From the NCBI RefSeq assembly GCF_009914755.1, contig NC_060941.1: a stretch of 64,000 nucleotides of DNA, one strand, 5' to 3'. How positions within the stretch are numbered: position 1 is the stretch's first letter; each line of letters starts with the position of its first letter. The stretch is from the human T2T-CHM13v2.0 reference genome, Homo sapiens. The notes below the pieces were generated by a model. That model made no database searches and was not told the DNA's origin. It saw nothing but the letters and a program-made list of their open reading frames with translations. Below are positions 1 to 16,507 of this stretch, one piece after another. The position numbers and the translations under genes were made by a program.

Positions 1-225
1 TAGCCCTCTAACAAATAATTGTAAGTAGGTATATATACTTTTTGGAAAATGGAGAAAAGAACACTAGAGGACTAACTTTAAAAACTATATTCCCCTCTAG
101 TATTTTTATATACATAAATATGTATATAAAATGTATATATTTATGTCTTTAATTCCATTGAAGATTAAATTTCTACTTTGCTTTCTTTCACTTACCATAA
201 TCGTTTTTAGTATTTATAATCTTTG

Positions 226-600
<375 letters not shown>

Positions 601-1790
601 GTAATTAATGATTTTTAAAGGATGAAGTATATAGATATATCACAACTTAATAATTAAAAATTTTTTTTGCTATTATAACATTGAAACTTGCAAACATTTT
701 TGTACACTTCGCTTTATTTTTTAGAATCATTGCTGGTATGAAAAAAAAATCTCCCAAGTTGAGATAATTGATTCAAGGAGTACAAAGTTTTTTCCTTGTT
801 TAAAACTGTGATGACCCAGCTACATTGGGAGGCTGAGGTGGGAGGATCATTTGAGCACGGGAAATCTACTGTATTGGCATCGTTATCACTTGGATGTGTA
901 CTTTTTCTATGTATTTTTTTAAAAAATGAGATTATACTGAATTTTTAAAAACTGGTTTAAATTTATCATAAACATCTTTGTTTTTTTGGCCCATAAATAC
1001 ATTTCTATAGCATTGTTCCTTTTTTTTTCCTACTTTGCATTAAGGCTTGCAAAATCTATAGCATTTTTAATGTTGTGTGGTAGTCCATGGTGGGTATGTA
1101 ATTCATTTAACCAGTTAATAGCTCTGCTATTAACAGCATTCTGGAGATGTAAATTGAAGCCCATGAAATTCTTTAGTTTTGAATCTTACTATTATTCTAA
1201 ACAAAGCTAACGAGAAAATACATTGTTTCTACTGTGATTGTATTTTGATAAGCATTTCACTTATTTTATCTATTTAAAAACTGATGGATATAGTTGTCTA
1301 GCACAGTTTTCATAATAATGTTTTGTTTACATTTGCTGAGTAGGTGTTTGTAGTGTTCTGTCCTCTAAATGGGACTTAATGTAAAGGAGCTCTATGTTGA
1401 ACTGATCCTTCAAAATATTCACAGAACTGGAAGATTTCAGAATTTTGAGACCCTTCTTTGAATGAAGGGTCATTAGATGTAATAATACTTTTTGTACTAA
1501 CCTATTATTTAAGAAGTTGGATTATAGTCAAGTTTGACTGTACCTCTTTCTGTCTTTTGGGAGAGTTACTAGAATTAGAATTAAACAATACTGGAGCAGC
1601 AAAGAAGGACTTCAGTGAGATATCAATTAAGCTAACTTTCTCATTATTCAGATGGGGATTATCTAAACCTTGTTTGTTAAGTGTTTTGTTCAAGTTTACA
1701 GTGCTAAACTGGTTACTAGAGCTTGCTCTAGAATCCACATCTCTTGGTTCTTCATTTTTTGCGGTGGTTTTATACTACTCTGGATAATAG

Positions 1791-2167
<377 letters not shown>

Positions 2168-2551
2168 CAATATATTTTTTAGATGGTGAGATTACCAAGT
2201 ATTAAACTTAATGTGGACTTTTCAAACTCCTTTGTACATGAATATACTCTTAATATGTTATGCCTCTTCTTAAGTACAGTAGTGACTCTGCTATGCCCTG
2301 TTACTATGGTAAAGAAGGAATTAGGCTTCTTCCATGAACATGATGAAGTGTAGAAAACTTTAGAATTCTAATATTACTCCTAAAGGGAAAAATCTATGGG
2401 AAAAGAAATTATAAATTTTAGTAGAAACCAAAGAGGTCATTCTAAAGTATTAAAATAAGCTAAGCCAGATGTTTTCTAAAGATAGAAATTTTTGATTATA
2501 GTAATTCTTTCTAGTTGTATGAATCTTAGTAATATTTCTATCATTTAATAG

Positions 2552-2636
2552 TAAGTCTTCAGTCCAGGGACCAAATCGGCACAGGAGGACAAGTTGTGGA
2601 CTGCAGTCATTTATTTGATAATGATTTACCAGACAA
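2552..2636 (+). pseudogene. SMURF2P1: SMURF2-derived duplicated exon (end of C2 domain, linker to first WW domain)
   Basis: 85-nt exon bounded by ...tttaatag (AG 2550-2551) and GTAAGC (2637). It translates (V)SLQSRDQIGTGGQVVDCSHLFDNDLPD, matching SMURF2 VSLQSRDRIGTGGQVVDCSRLFDNDLPDG as recalled. No further SMURF2 exons are seen downstream. The paralog name is inferred from adjacency to an LRRC37B-like pseudogene. Confidence 0.88.
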
Positions 2637-2664
2637 GTAAGCTAACATCACTGAAATCATTAGA

Positions 2665-2785
2665 GAAATATATAGATAATATCTATATAGAAATATATAT
2701 ATATAATATATAGATAATATATATAATATATATCTATATATATAATATATAGATATTATATAGATAATATATATATCTATATATA
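2665..2785. repeat. AT-rich (TA)n-like microsatellite at the duplicon junction
   Basis: Degenerate TATA/TAGATA tract ending at the start of the inverted arm. Confidence 0.92.
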
Positions 2786-4275
2786 AGGCTCCCGCTGTCT
2801 TCATCCTCAGTGTGCCTGTGTTCTTGCTACCATCGCAGCTGAATGCAGTGAAGGGCGGTCCTCTGAGAGGAGCAGGGTGGAGATGCTAAAGTGGATGCCC
2901 CCTCCCATTGCTGATAGATCCTCATCTGGCATGTGCTCCACCCACCCACCCCATTCTCTGCTCCCACATATCATAGCCCCATCACAGAAGATGCGACATG
3001 GGAAAAAACACTGTGTCCACCTTAGTTCTTTTCTTAAATTTGGGCAGGGATCCAGGGTGTAGGTTAGGAAATTTTTAATTTGCCAGATTGTATGCCTATG
3101 TTGTTAAATATACAATGAATCTATGGTATGGTAGCAGTTTCTGGATAAACATTACTTGAGGTCCTAAATGCAGAAGGGAAAAAGCAACTTTTGTCAGATG
3201 CCTACTTCACTTTCATTCATCTCTAATATTTTGGATGGGGAATCATCCAAAGCTTCTGAGTGCATGAAGGTCAAGTGTGCCAGTGTGCAGCTGGGCTTCT
3301 TTTCCAGAATTAAAAGTATTTTGGGTGGTGCTGAAGGTCAGCGGAAGAAGTAAAGATTGCAAGAAAGGAGAAACATGGGCTTGGGGAGATCCCAGAATTG
3401 GGGACAGAAGACCTGGCACTAGGCTACAGCACTTAGCACCTCTGATCTTGTTTTTCCTCACCTGTAAAAGGAGATTAACAATGCTTTTCTGCCCGCCTCT
3501 TGGGGAGAAGGGAAGAATATAATTGGTAAAAAAAAAAAAACAAGAAAAGAAAAAAAAAAAGTTCTGAAAAATAAGCAACACTGTCTTTATAGAGGTAGCC
3601 AAGCATTATTAATTATCCACCCCATATCACTGGTAGATACCTGTATTCAAGCAGTCACATTTTAGAAGTCATGAAGTTGGTGCTAATAAACCTAATCTAC
3701 AGAAAAACTCTTGAAAGCATTTGAGCATTTGTTCTGCGAATAGAAAGGTTTGAGATTCAGAGCAAGTTCAGAGTTGGATGGACTAAGAATGGAAAAGCCC
3801 TCCATTCCAATAGAAGAGCCAGGTAGCAATTTCTGGTTATGGAACCAGAAGCTCTCAGGCTTCAAATAAAACAGCATCACTTCTACTCTTATAAAACTGT
3901 AAAAACAAAAACAAAAACAAAACCGGATCTACATCTGTCCTAAAAGGCAGAGAGTACTTGAGACCTCATGGATATAAAACCAGCTTACAAACTACATTGC
4001 ACTATATGAAGAAATTATCACTGGGGGCAAAGCACCAAGCAGAGAGCACAGTACACAGTGTGTGGATGTTAATGTTATTCCCTAGCCTTCCCATTCCTTT
4101 CTCTTGGTCCTTTATGCATATGGAACGGTTCCATTATTAAACTTTGTAATAATAACTGAGAACCTGACTCCCAGCAAGGGAGTCGTTCAGAAGTTGAGGG
4201 AGTTGAAATCTGACTGAGTAAATAAAACAATTAAATCATTAGCTTAACATTTCATCAATTAAAAATAAAAATTTA

Positions 4276-4653
<378 letters not shown>

Positions 4654-5245
4654 CTAGAATAAAGGTGGTTGGGATTAGAATTGGGTGACACTGATCAGTA
4701 GTTTAAATTCAGAGGTATCTCTTCCCGACTCAAAAGTCTCACTTTGGGCTGAAAGTATACAGGAAGAAGGTAGACTTCTAAGAAGAGTCTGAATAAGCCC
4801 CCAACTTCTGAAGGCCCTTTCTCAATTTCTGTTGGGAGTGGGAAGTATTAGAAATTACTCTGGGCATTAAAAATAGCTCAGCTTAACCTGGATTGTGGGG
4901 TTAAAAAAAATAACGGAGATTGCATTGGCCAAATCTGGACAATTTGAGCTTTCAAAAGAATAACAACAATAAGCTACAACATAATATATAAAAAATCCAT
5001 GAAGAATGATATTTTAAAAGAGGGGGAGTTGTTCTTTAATGAAATAATGCTAGCTAATAAATGTAGAAGGAATGACAGAATTTTAAAAAGTGTCACTTTG
5101 CAACCACCAATGTAATAAAAATAGATTCAGACAAAGATTATCATTGATGAACAGTTGGGTGAAAAGACATTTGAGAACAGGATCTTCACTGATCTCAAAG
5201 TACCACCCCACAGATTTTTTATTAATTACCAAAGGGAAAAGTTAT

Positions 5246-5551
5246 TTTTTATTTTTTTATGAGACAAGGTCTCACTCTGTCACCTAGGCTGAAGTACAGT
5301 GACAAAATCATAGCTAACTGCAGCCTCGACCCCCTGGGCTCAAGTGACCCTCCAAATTCAGCCCCCCAGGTAGATGGGACTATAGGCTTGCACCACCACC
5401 CCAGCTAATTTTAGTTTTTTGTTTTTGTTATTTTTAGTAGAGACAGGGTTTCACCTTGTTGTTCAGGCTGGTCTAAAACTGGACTCAAGTGATTTGCCCA
5501 TCTCGGCCTTCCAAAGTGCTGGGATTACAAGTGTGAGCCACCACACCCAGC
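5246..5551 (-). mobile_element. AluJ-like (mirror copy 15232-15537, +)
   Basis: Diverged Alu inside both inverted arms. Confidence 0.85.
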
Positions 5552-6024
5552 AAAATAACCACAGTGGAGAGATCTGGAAGATCACCTTAAACAAGTGATC
5601 AAACTTAGCATTATGAGCCACCTGGGGTCACGAGGCAGGAAAGATACATCACCTATGCAGTATTCTTCCCAAAGATGCTTACCTTGAATCTCATGTGGAA
5701 ACAGAGAAATCCAGATTGTGGGACAACTTACAAGACAACTATCTTTGACTCTTAAAAAATGCCAATGTCATGAAAGATCAAAAAAAGTAGAGGCATGTTT
5801 TAGATTAAAGGAAATGAAGACATGACATGCAGTGCCTGATCTTTGACTGGATTCTGTAGTATTCTTTCATCTTTCTGCATGTTTGAATTTTTTTCAAAAT
5901 ATAAATTTGGGCAAAAGAGATAACCAAGATAATTGATTAATTTATTGTTATGGCTTCTTGGGGGCAGTTTCAGAGAAATAAAAACAATCTCTGTAACTGG
6001 AATAAATTCTCAAGGTTAATCTTA

Positions 6025-6240
6025 AGCAGTATAGCATGGTCATTAAGAATACAGATTCCACAGCCAGACTAGGCTTAAATCCCAGCTCTGTGAATAATGT
6101 AAATTTGGGCAAATTGCTTAATCTCTGTTCCTTGGCCTTGTCATTATAATAGTACCTACCTCAAATGAGTTTTGAGGATTAAATGAATCCCTACCTGAAA
6201 AATGTCTGGCACACACTGAGTGATCAATAAATGTTAACTA
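6025..6240 (+). mobile_element. MIR-like SINE (mirror ~14543-14758)
   Basis: Contains MIR-like motifs aaatcccagctctg...ttgggcaaattgcttaatctct...gaggattaaatga. Confidence 0.7.
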
Positions 6241-6536
6241 CTATAAATATTACATTACAGAAGTTGTAGGGGGGCCTCTTCTGAATCCTCTAAAAGGATG
6301 ACTTTGTTAGGGCCACATTAAGACTGTGGAAACAGAAGAGTATTCAATGGATACATGAAGTCTGTGAGTTGGGGGTATGATGTATAGAGTTTTAGATTAA
6401 AACTGCATCCAATAAGTTGGCCTGATAAATCTTTCAAACCTACAGAGGAATAATCACAAGTGACTCGTATTCCTTTGGGTCCAATAGAAGCCTCTGATCT
6501 TCATATAGATTGAATGTACCCAGAACCATAACCTAG

Positions 6537-6860
<324 letters not shown>

Positions 6861-7300
6861 AAGGTTTTGTTATTCTTTTCCTGCCCCCAACTTTTGATTT
6901 TAAACATTTTCTTTTTTTCCTTTAAGGTTTAGGATGGCTAGGAAGCATTTTCAAATGGTATAACGAACACCTGTATAACTTGCATCTGGAATCAACAGTA
7001 GCTAATACTTTGCCACACTTCCTTTCCATGTGTGTATGTTTATACATTCTCTGGACAAACCATTTGAGAGTCAGTTGCAGACATAATGACCCTTCACCAT
7101 TAAAGACTTCAGTGTGCAGCCCCTAAGAACCAATGCATTCTCCTCCATAACCAGAAGACTCTCATCACCCAATGGAACTTAATATTATCATTGCCTACTA
7201 TGCATTCCATATACACATTTTCACAATTGTCCCAATCATAACATGGCTTAAAAAATTCAGAATCCAATCAAACATCAGACATTGCATTTTCTGTTCATGA

Positions 7301-9853
7301 TTTTTTTTTTTTTTTTTTTTTGTAGAAAGACCTTTAATACTTCTGTTTACAAAATTCGGGCATACATTTCAGTTTGCCCTGAACCGTGCCCAAGGCTGTG
7401 TGCTCATCTCTGCCAGGGTGTCTGTGCCCTTCATGTACTGCCGACCACGAGGGTGCAGAGCAGAGCCTGGGGTCCGGAGGCTTCGCTGGGCCTCAGGGGG
7501 AGGGGAATGTGAATGTGGCCCAGCCCAGAGGACCCTCCATTTCGTCGATTTTGGATTGGGCGACAGAGGAAGCAGATGTCGGGGCTGCAGACATGCTGGC
7601 CTGGACAGGGGTCTGGGGACCCCGGGGCTGCCTGCCGTGGTCTAGAGGAGATGGCTGGGGCCACTTCCCACAGGGTGGGTTGGCAGCGGCTCGGCAAGGG
7701 GAGGCCTGGCTACCAGGGGCTTGAACATTTGCTCACTGGAGCCTTTGTGCTTGGCCCTTAGCAGCACAGCTGGGGCTGTGGTCCCGTGCGAGGTGTGCTG
7801 GGGGGGTGTGTAGGTGGCTGGTGGTGGCAGCTTGTGCCAGAGTGACACAGGCTTCCGTGGGCCTGGCTGGGGGCAGTTAAAAAGCTGAAAAGGTACTTGG
7901 TGTGTGAGGGTAAGGCTTGGGAGGCAGGGCCCTAGAGGAGGCCATGTTCTCTGTCCTGGTTGAGGGGAGCAGTATGGGGGGGAAGGTGGGGCAGATCCCA
8001 GCTGGCCTCTGTCTCCTGGTTGCAAGCTGACAGCAGGCCAGGGAAACAGTGAGGCCCTCTGCCCTGGCCTTGGGGAGAAGGAGTGCATGTGTGAGGCTGG
8101 GGTACTGTGGCCCTGGAGTGGGGCTAGGGTTCATCGCCAGGAGCAGGCTTGTGGGGGGATTTAAAACCAGGGTCCTGTCTCTGAGCCACCCCACAGGGAC
8201 ACTCGATCCAAGCCTGTTAAGGCCGTGGAACTCGAGGGTAAGCTGTGGGCTGGGCCCCCATGGGGTCAGGATGGAGGTGGGGGCTGCCCTGGAGGAATAT
8301 TAGTGTTTCTGAGAGCACCTTAGTGTTGCCCCGTCTGGGCCAGCTGGGTGAGGAGTTGGGGAGCGGGAAGAAGGCCGGCGCCATGGAGTGAGGAAGGGAG
8401 CCGTCACCGTTAGGGGTAAGCGCTAGTGTAAACAAGCGTCCCCACCCACCCCGATAAGCCTCCCACCCAAGTGTGGCTCCCTGCTGAGGGAGTACCTCAA
8501 GGGCCCGGGCCTGGGTGGCGCCAGAAGGCTTGGACACCGCCCTGGCAGCAGGAGCCCATGGAAGGCAGGAGACCTGGCAGGGGGTGCCACCCAGTGTGGA
8601 TGGAGGGGTGGGGCGGGGGCACCAGTGAGTCACTGGGCAGAGGCATGAGCACGTCCATGTAGCTGAGCAGGAAGAAGCCCAACTGGCCGTCCAGCATGCC
8701 CTGGTACCAGTTCTCGTTGATCTGGTTGATGAGCGTGAAGACGTCGCCCTCATGGAAGCCCAGCTCCCCATGGTTCTCAGGCTGGAAGTCATACAGCACC
8801 TTGCAGCTTGGCTGGTCTAGGGGCGGCATGCTCCTGCTAGGAGTACAGATGGACTTGTTGGAAGATTGGAAAGGGGATGAAGCTGCGATCTTGGGGACTG
8901 TGGTGCAGGGGAAGCCCCCGTTGGACTGCTCAGGCTCTCCGAGGTCAAAGGGCTCCCAGAACTTGGGCTTATACTCCCGCTTGGGGCGTGAGGAAGCTTC
9001 CCGCATCCTGCGCTTGAGCTTCTCTGCCAGCTCGTCCAGGATCTGCATGGCCTGCCAGTGGTCGTTCAGCTGCGCCTCCGCCAGGGCCCGGAGTTGACTC
9101 ATCTGCTCAATGTCGGTCTCCAGGAGGTTGTGCATGCTGGTTTCTGCTACCTCCTTGGAGTCCTCAAACTTCTCCAGCGCCTGGCGCAGCTCCTCATCGG
9201 GGATCTTGCCCTGCCGCTTCTTTTAGTCAAAGTCCAGGCGGCGGCCCTCTAGCTTCTGCAGGTGGTGCTGGATCCCCTTCAGGTCTTTCTCACACAGGTT
9301 CTGGAGGAGGTCAATGAAGTTCTGCTTGACCTCTATGTCCAGGGAGTCCTTCACCTCTGCCAGGTGCTTCATGGACTCGCCGGCATCCAGCAGTGCATCA
9401 CTGAAGTTGGACTCGTTGCCCAGCTCCTTCTGGTGGCGGATCAGGCACTCGCTCAGGAGCCCCTCCGACTGCGGGTAGCCGGGGTTCTTCACCTGGCCCT
9501 GGATCTTTCACACTGTGTTGAGCATGGTCAGCTTAGCCTGTGAGGCTGGGTTGGGCTCCAGGTACTTGATGGTCCTTGCCAGCATTTCCATCACCGCCTT
9601 GCTGATGACATCTCCATCTCTTTGAAGTCATTGTCCAGCTTGGTCCCCTCAGACCCTCCGACCTTCTCACTGACCAGCTGGCTTGCCTTGTAGAACTGCT
9701 TTTTCAGCCCTGCAACCAACAGGCTGCCTCCCGCCGCAGAACCTCCCGCCCAGACCGCGCCAGCGACAGGCTTCTAGGTGCGCGACCCTCTGCACACCTC
9801 AGGGGCCCCACCACGTGCTTGCCAGCTCTGCGCCTGCCCCGGCACCGCCTCGA
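7301..9853 (-). pseudogene. SH3GL1P2: Processed pseudogene of SH3GL1 (endophilin A2): 5'UTR, intronless CDS, 3'UTR, poly(A)
   Basis: Minus-strand translations match endophilin A2 ([17 protein letters not shown]; [12 protein letters not shown]; EGRRLDFD; SH3 LYDF..EN..GELGF.EGD). Disablements: start ATG>CTG (9722-9720), ~10-nt deletion near 9612, TGA at 9510-9508, TAA at 9225-9223, 1-nt deletion just before the native stop (8632-8630). ATTAAA at 7338-7333, T21 at 7301-7321, TSD gttcatgatt at 7293-7302 and 9854-9863. The P2 paralog number is inferred from context. Confidence 0.93.
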
Positions 9854-10544
9854 GTTCATGATTCTTTAGTCTCCTTCAATCTAGATCTGTTCGCAGGATT
9901 GTTTTAAAGTATACTGACAAAACTTTGAGACTGTAAGTGACCTGAGATATACATTATCCTTACTTGAGAATAGTAATTTTTCAATACGCGTTAAAGATCA
10001 TTACACATGAGCCAAGACAAATGAGCTGGCCTACTTACTTTGTATATAAATGTGTAAACTCCTCAAGAATTCCAATAATGAACTCCAATAAGGAAATTAG
10101 TTCAACGTCTTTATGGCCTTGGTGACAAATGGTTACAGACAATCAGAGCATTTTTTTCCTATCCACTAATGGTCAAGAAAAAAGCAGACAGATCCTCACT
10201 ATCTTAGAGAACTAAGTGAGAAAGTTGGTCGATGAAGAGGACTTCATCCAGAGAGGAAGGGATGTAGCTTACAGGGAAGATGCTGCAGGAGGCTGAGGAA
10301 AGTGAGGCTAGAGCAGTAAAACAGATCTGACAACCTGGTGAAGATAAAAAAGTGACCTGACAAAAATGAACGGAGCAGAGTGCCAAATAGAGGGCCCTTT
10401 CCATGCTAATCTTGCATAATGCCCTCAACCAGCCTTAGCATAACTGAGTTTCTATTTAGCTTGCCATATTGTGGGGGGGGGTGTGGTGGCACAATTTAAG
10501 TTGCAGTAAGTTGTGTAACAAACTCACAATAGGGCCCTGCAGAA

Positions 10545-12243
<1,699 letters not shown>

Positions 12244-12245
12244 GT

Positions 12246-13482
12246 GTGTCCAAACCTTCTGGCGCCACCCAGGCCCGGGCCCTTGAGGTACTCCCTCAGC
12301 AGGGAGCCACACTTGGGTGGGAGGCTTATCGGGGTGGGTGGGGACGCTTGTTTACACTAGCGCTTACCCCTAACGGTGACGGCTCCCTTCCTCACTCCAT
12401 GGCGCCGGCCTTCTTCCCGCTCCCCAACTCCTCACCCAGCTGGCCCAGACGGGGCAACACTAAGGTGCTCTCAGAAACACTAATATTCCTCCAGGGCAGC
12501 CCCCACCTCCATCCTGACCCCATGGGGGCCCAGCCCACAGCTTACCCTCGAGTTCCACGGCCTTAACAGGCTTGGATCGAGTGTCCCTGTGGGGTGGCTC
12601 AGAGACAGGACCCTGGTTTTAAATCCCCCCACAAGCCTGCTCCTGGCGATGAACCCTAGCCCCACTCCAGGGCCACAGTACCCCAGCCTCACACATGCAC
12701 TCCTTCTCCCCAAGGCCAGGGCAGAGGGCCTCACTGTTTCCCTGGCCTGCTGTCAGCTTGCAACCAGGAGACAGAGGCCAGCTGGGATCTGCCCCACCTT
12801 CCCCCCCATACTGCTCCCCTCAACCAGGACAGAGAACATGGCCTCCTCTAGGGCCCTGCCTCCCAAGCCTTACCCTCACACACCAAGTACCTTTTCAGCT
12901 TTTTAACTGCCCCCAGCCAGGCCCACGGAAGCCTGTGTCACTCTGGCACAAGCTGCCACCACCAGCCACCTACACACCCCCCCAGCACACCTCGCACGGG
13001 ACCACAGCCCCAGCTGTGCTGCTAAGGGCCAAGCACAAAGGCTCCAGTGAGCAAATGTTCAAGCCCCTGGTAGCCAGGCCTCCCCTTGCCGAGCCGCTGC
13101 CAACCCACCCTGTGGGAAGTGGCCCCAGCCATCTCCTCTAGACCACGGCAGGCAGCCCCGGGGTCCCCAGACCCCTGTCCAGGCCAGCATGTCTGCAGCC
13201 CCGACATCTGCTTCCTCTGTCGCCCAATCCAAAATCGACGAAATGGAGGGTCCTCTGGGCTGGGCCACATTCACATTCCCCTCCCCCTGAGGCCCAGCGA
13301 AGCCTCCGGACCCCAGGCTCTGCTCTGCACCCTCGTGGTCGGCAGTACATGAAGGGCACAGACACCCTGGCAGAGATGAGCACACAGCCTTGGGCACGGT
13401 TCAGGGCAAACTGAAATGTATGCCCGAATTTTGTAAACAGAAGTATTAAAGGTCTTTCTACAAAAAAAAAAAAAAAAAAAAA
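12246..13482 (+). pseudogene. Duplicated 3'UTR and poly(A) of the SH3GL1 retrocopy (in right arm)
   Basis: Mirror of 7301-8537; ATTAAA at 13445-13450 and A21 at 13462-13482. Confidence 0.93.
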
Positions 13483-14087
13483 TCATGAACAGAAAATGCA
13501 ATGTCTGATGTTTGATTGGATTCTGAATTTTTTAAGCCATGTTATGATTGGGACAATTGTGAAAATGTGTATATGGAATGCATAGTAGGCAATGATAATA
13601 TTAAGTTCCATTGGGTGATGAGAGTCTTCTGGTTATGGAGGAGAATGCATTGGTTCTTAGGGGCTGCACACTGAAGTCTTTAATGGTGAAGGGTCATTAT
13701 GTCTGCAACTGACTCTCAAATGGTTTGTCCAGAGAATGTATAAACATACACACATGGAAAGGAAGTGTGGCAAAGTATTAGCTACTGTTGATTCCAGATG
13801 CAAGTTATACAGGTGTTCGTTATACCATTTGAAAATGCTTCCTAGCCATCCTAAACCTTAAAGGAAAAAAAGAAAATGTTTAAAATCAAAAGTTGGGGGC
13901 AGGAAAAGAATAACAAAACCTTTGGGCTCATGCCTGTAATCCCAGCACTTTGGGAGGCCAAGGAGAGGGGGTTGCTTGAGCTCAGGAGTTTGAGACCAGC
14001 CTGGGCAACGTGGTGAAACCCCATCTCTACAAAAAATACAAAAATGAGCCAGGTGTGGTGGCACGCACCTGTAGTTCTAGCTACTCA

Positions 14088-14246
<159 letters not shown>

Positions 14247-16129
14247 CTAGGTTATGGTTCTGGGTACATTCAATCTATATGAAGATCAGAGGCTTCTATT
14301 GGACCCAAAGGAATACGAGTCACTTGTGATTATTCCTCTGTAGGTTTGAAAGATTTATCAGGCCAACTTATTGGATGCAGTTTTAATCTAAAACTCTATA
14401 CATCATACCCCCAACTCACAGACTTCATGTATCCATTGAATACTCTTCTGTTTCCACAGTCTTAATGTGGCCCTAACAAAGTCATCCTTTTAGAGGATTC
14501 AGAAGAGGCCCCCCTACAACTTCTGTAATGTAATATTTATAGTAGTTAACATTTATTGATCACTCAGTGTGTGCCAGACATTTTTCAGGTAGGGATTCAT
14601 TTAATCCTCAAAACTCATTTGAGGTAGGTACTATTATAATGACAAGGCCAAGGAACAGAGATTAAGCAATTTGCCCAAATTTACATTATTCACAGAGCTG
14701 GGATTTAAGCCTAGTCTGGCTGTGGAATCTGTATTCTTAATGACCATGCTATACTGCTTAAGATTAACCTTGAGAATTTATTCCAGTTACAGAGATTGTT
14801 TTTATTTCTCTGAAACTGCCCCCAAGAAGCCATAACAATAAATTAATCAATTATCTTGGTTATCTCTTTTGCCCAAATTTATATTTTGAAAAAAATTCAA
14901 ACATGCAGAAAGATGAAAGAATACTACAGAATCCAGTCAAAGATCAGGCACTGCATGTCATGTCTTCATTTCCTTTAATCTAAAACATGCCTCTACTTTT
15001 TTTGATCTTTCATGACATTGGCATTTTTTAAGAGTCAAAGATAGTTGTCTTGTAAGTTGTCCCACAATCTGGATTTCTCTGTTTCCACATGAGATTCAAG
15101 GTAAGCATCTTTGGGAAGAATACTGCATAGGTGATGTATCTTTCCTGCCTCGTGACCCCAGGTGGCTCATAATGCTAAGTTTGATCACTTGTTTAAGGTG
15201 ATCTTCCAGATCTCTCCACTGTGGTTATTTTGCTGGGTGTGGTGGCTCACACTTGTAATCCCAGCACTTTGGAAGGCCGAGATGGGCAAATCACTTGAGT
15301 CCAGTTTTAGACCAGCCTGAACAACAAGGTGAAACCCTGTCTCTACTAAAAATAACAAAAACAAAAAACTAAAATTAGCTGGGGTGGTGGTGCAAGCCTA
15401 TAGTCCCATCTACCTGGGGGGCTGAATTTGGAGGGTCACTTGAGCCCAGGGGGTCGAGGCTGCAGTTAGCTATGATTTTGTCACTGTACTTCAGCCTAGG
15501 TGACAGAGTGAGACCTTGTCTCATAAAAAAATAAAAAATAACTTTTCCCTTTGGTAATTAATAAAAAATCTGTGGGGTGGTACTTTGAGATCAGTGAAGA
15601 TCCTGTTCTCAAATGTCTTTTCACCCAACTGTTCATCAATGATAATCTTTGTCTGAATCTATTTTTATTACATTGGTGGTTGCAAAGTGACACTTTTTAA
15701 AATTCTGTCATTCCTTCTACATTTATTAGCTAGCATTATTTCATTAAAGAACAACTCCCCCTCTTTTAAAATATCATTCTTCATGGATTTTTTATATATT
15801 ATGTTGTAGCTTATTGTTGTTATTCTTTTGAAAGCTCAAATTGTCCAGATTTGGCCAATGCAATCTCCGTTATTTTTTTTAACCCCACAATCCAGGTTAA
15901 GCTGAGCTATTTTTAATGCCCAGAGTAATTTCTAATACTTCCCACTCCCAACAGAAATTGAGAAAGGGCCTTCAGAAGTTGGGGGCTTATTCAGACTCTT
16001 CTTAGAAGTCTACCTTCTTCCTGTATACTTTCAGCCCAAAGTGAGACTTTTGAGTCGGGAAGAGATACCTCTGAATTTAAACTACTGATCAGTGTCACCC
16101 AATTCTAATCCCAACCACCTTTATTCTAG

Positions 16130-16507
<378 letters not shown>

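Noticed and set aside
1458-1787. 109-aa plus-strand ORF
   Set aside because: Starts at TTG and looks like the antisense shadow of the minus-strand coding-like frame reported as a finding.
2607-2804. Tyr/Ile-rich ORF (likewise 10496-10789)
   Set aside because: Translation of (TA)n microsatellites.
7282-9097. Many overlapping ORFs on both strands, mirrored at 12246-13501
   Set aside because: Alternative or antisense frames of the GC-rich SH3GL1 retrocopy and its 3'UTR; the duplicates come from the inverted repeat, not from conservation.
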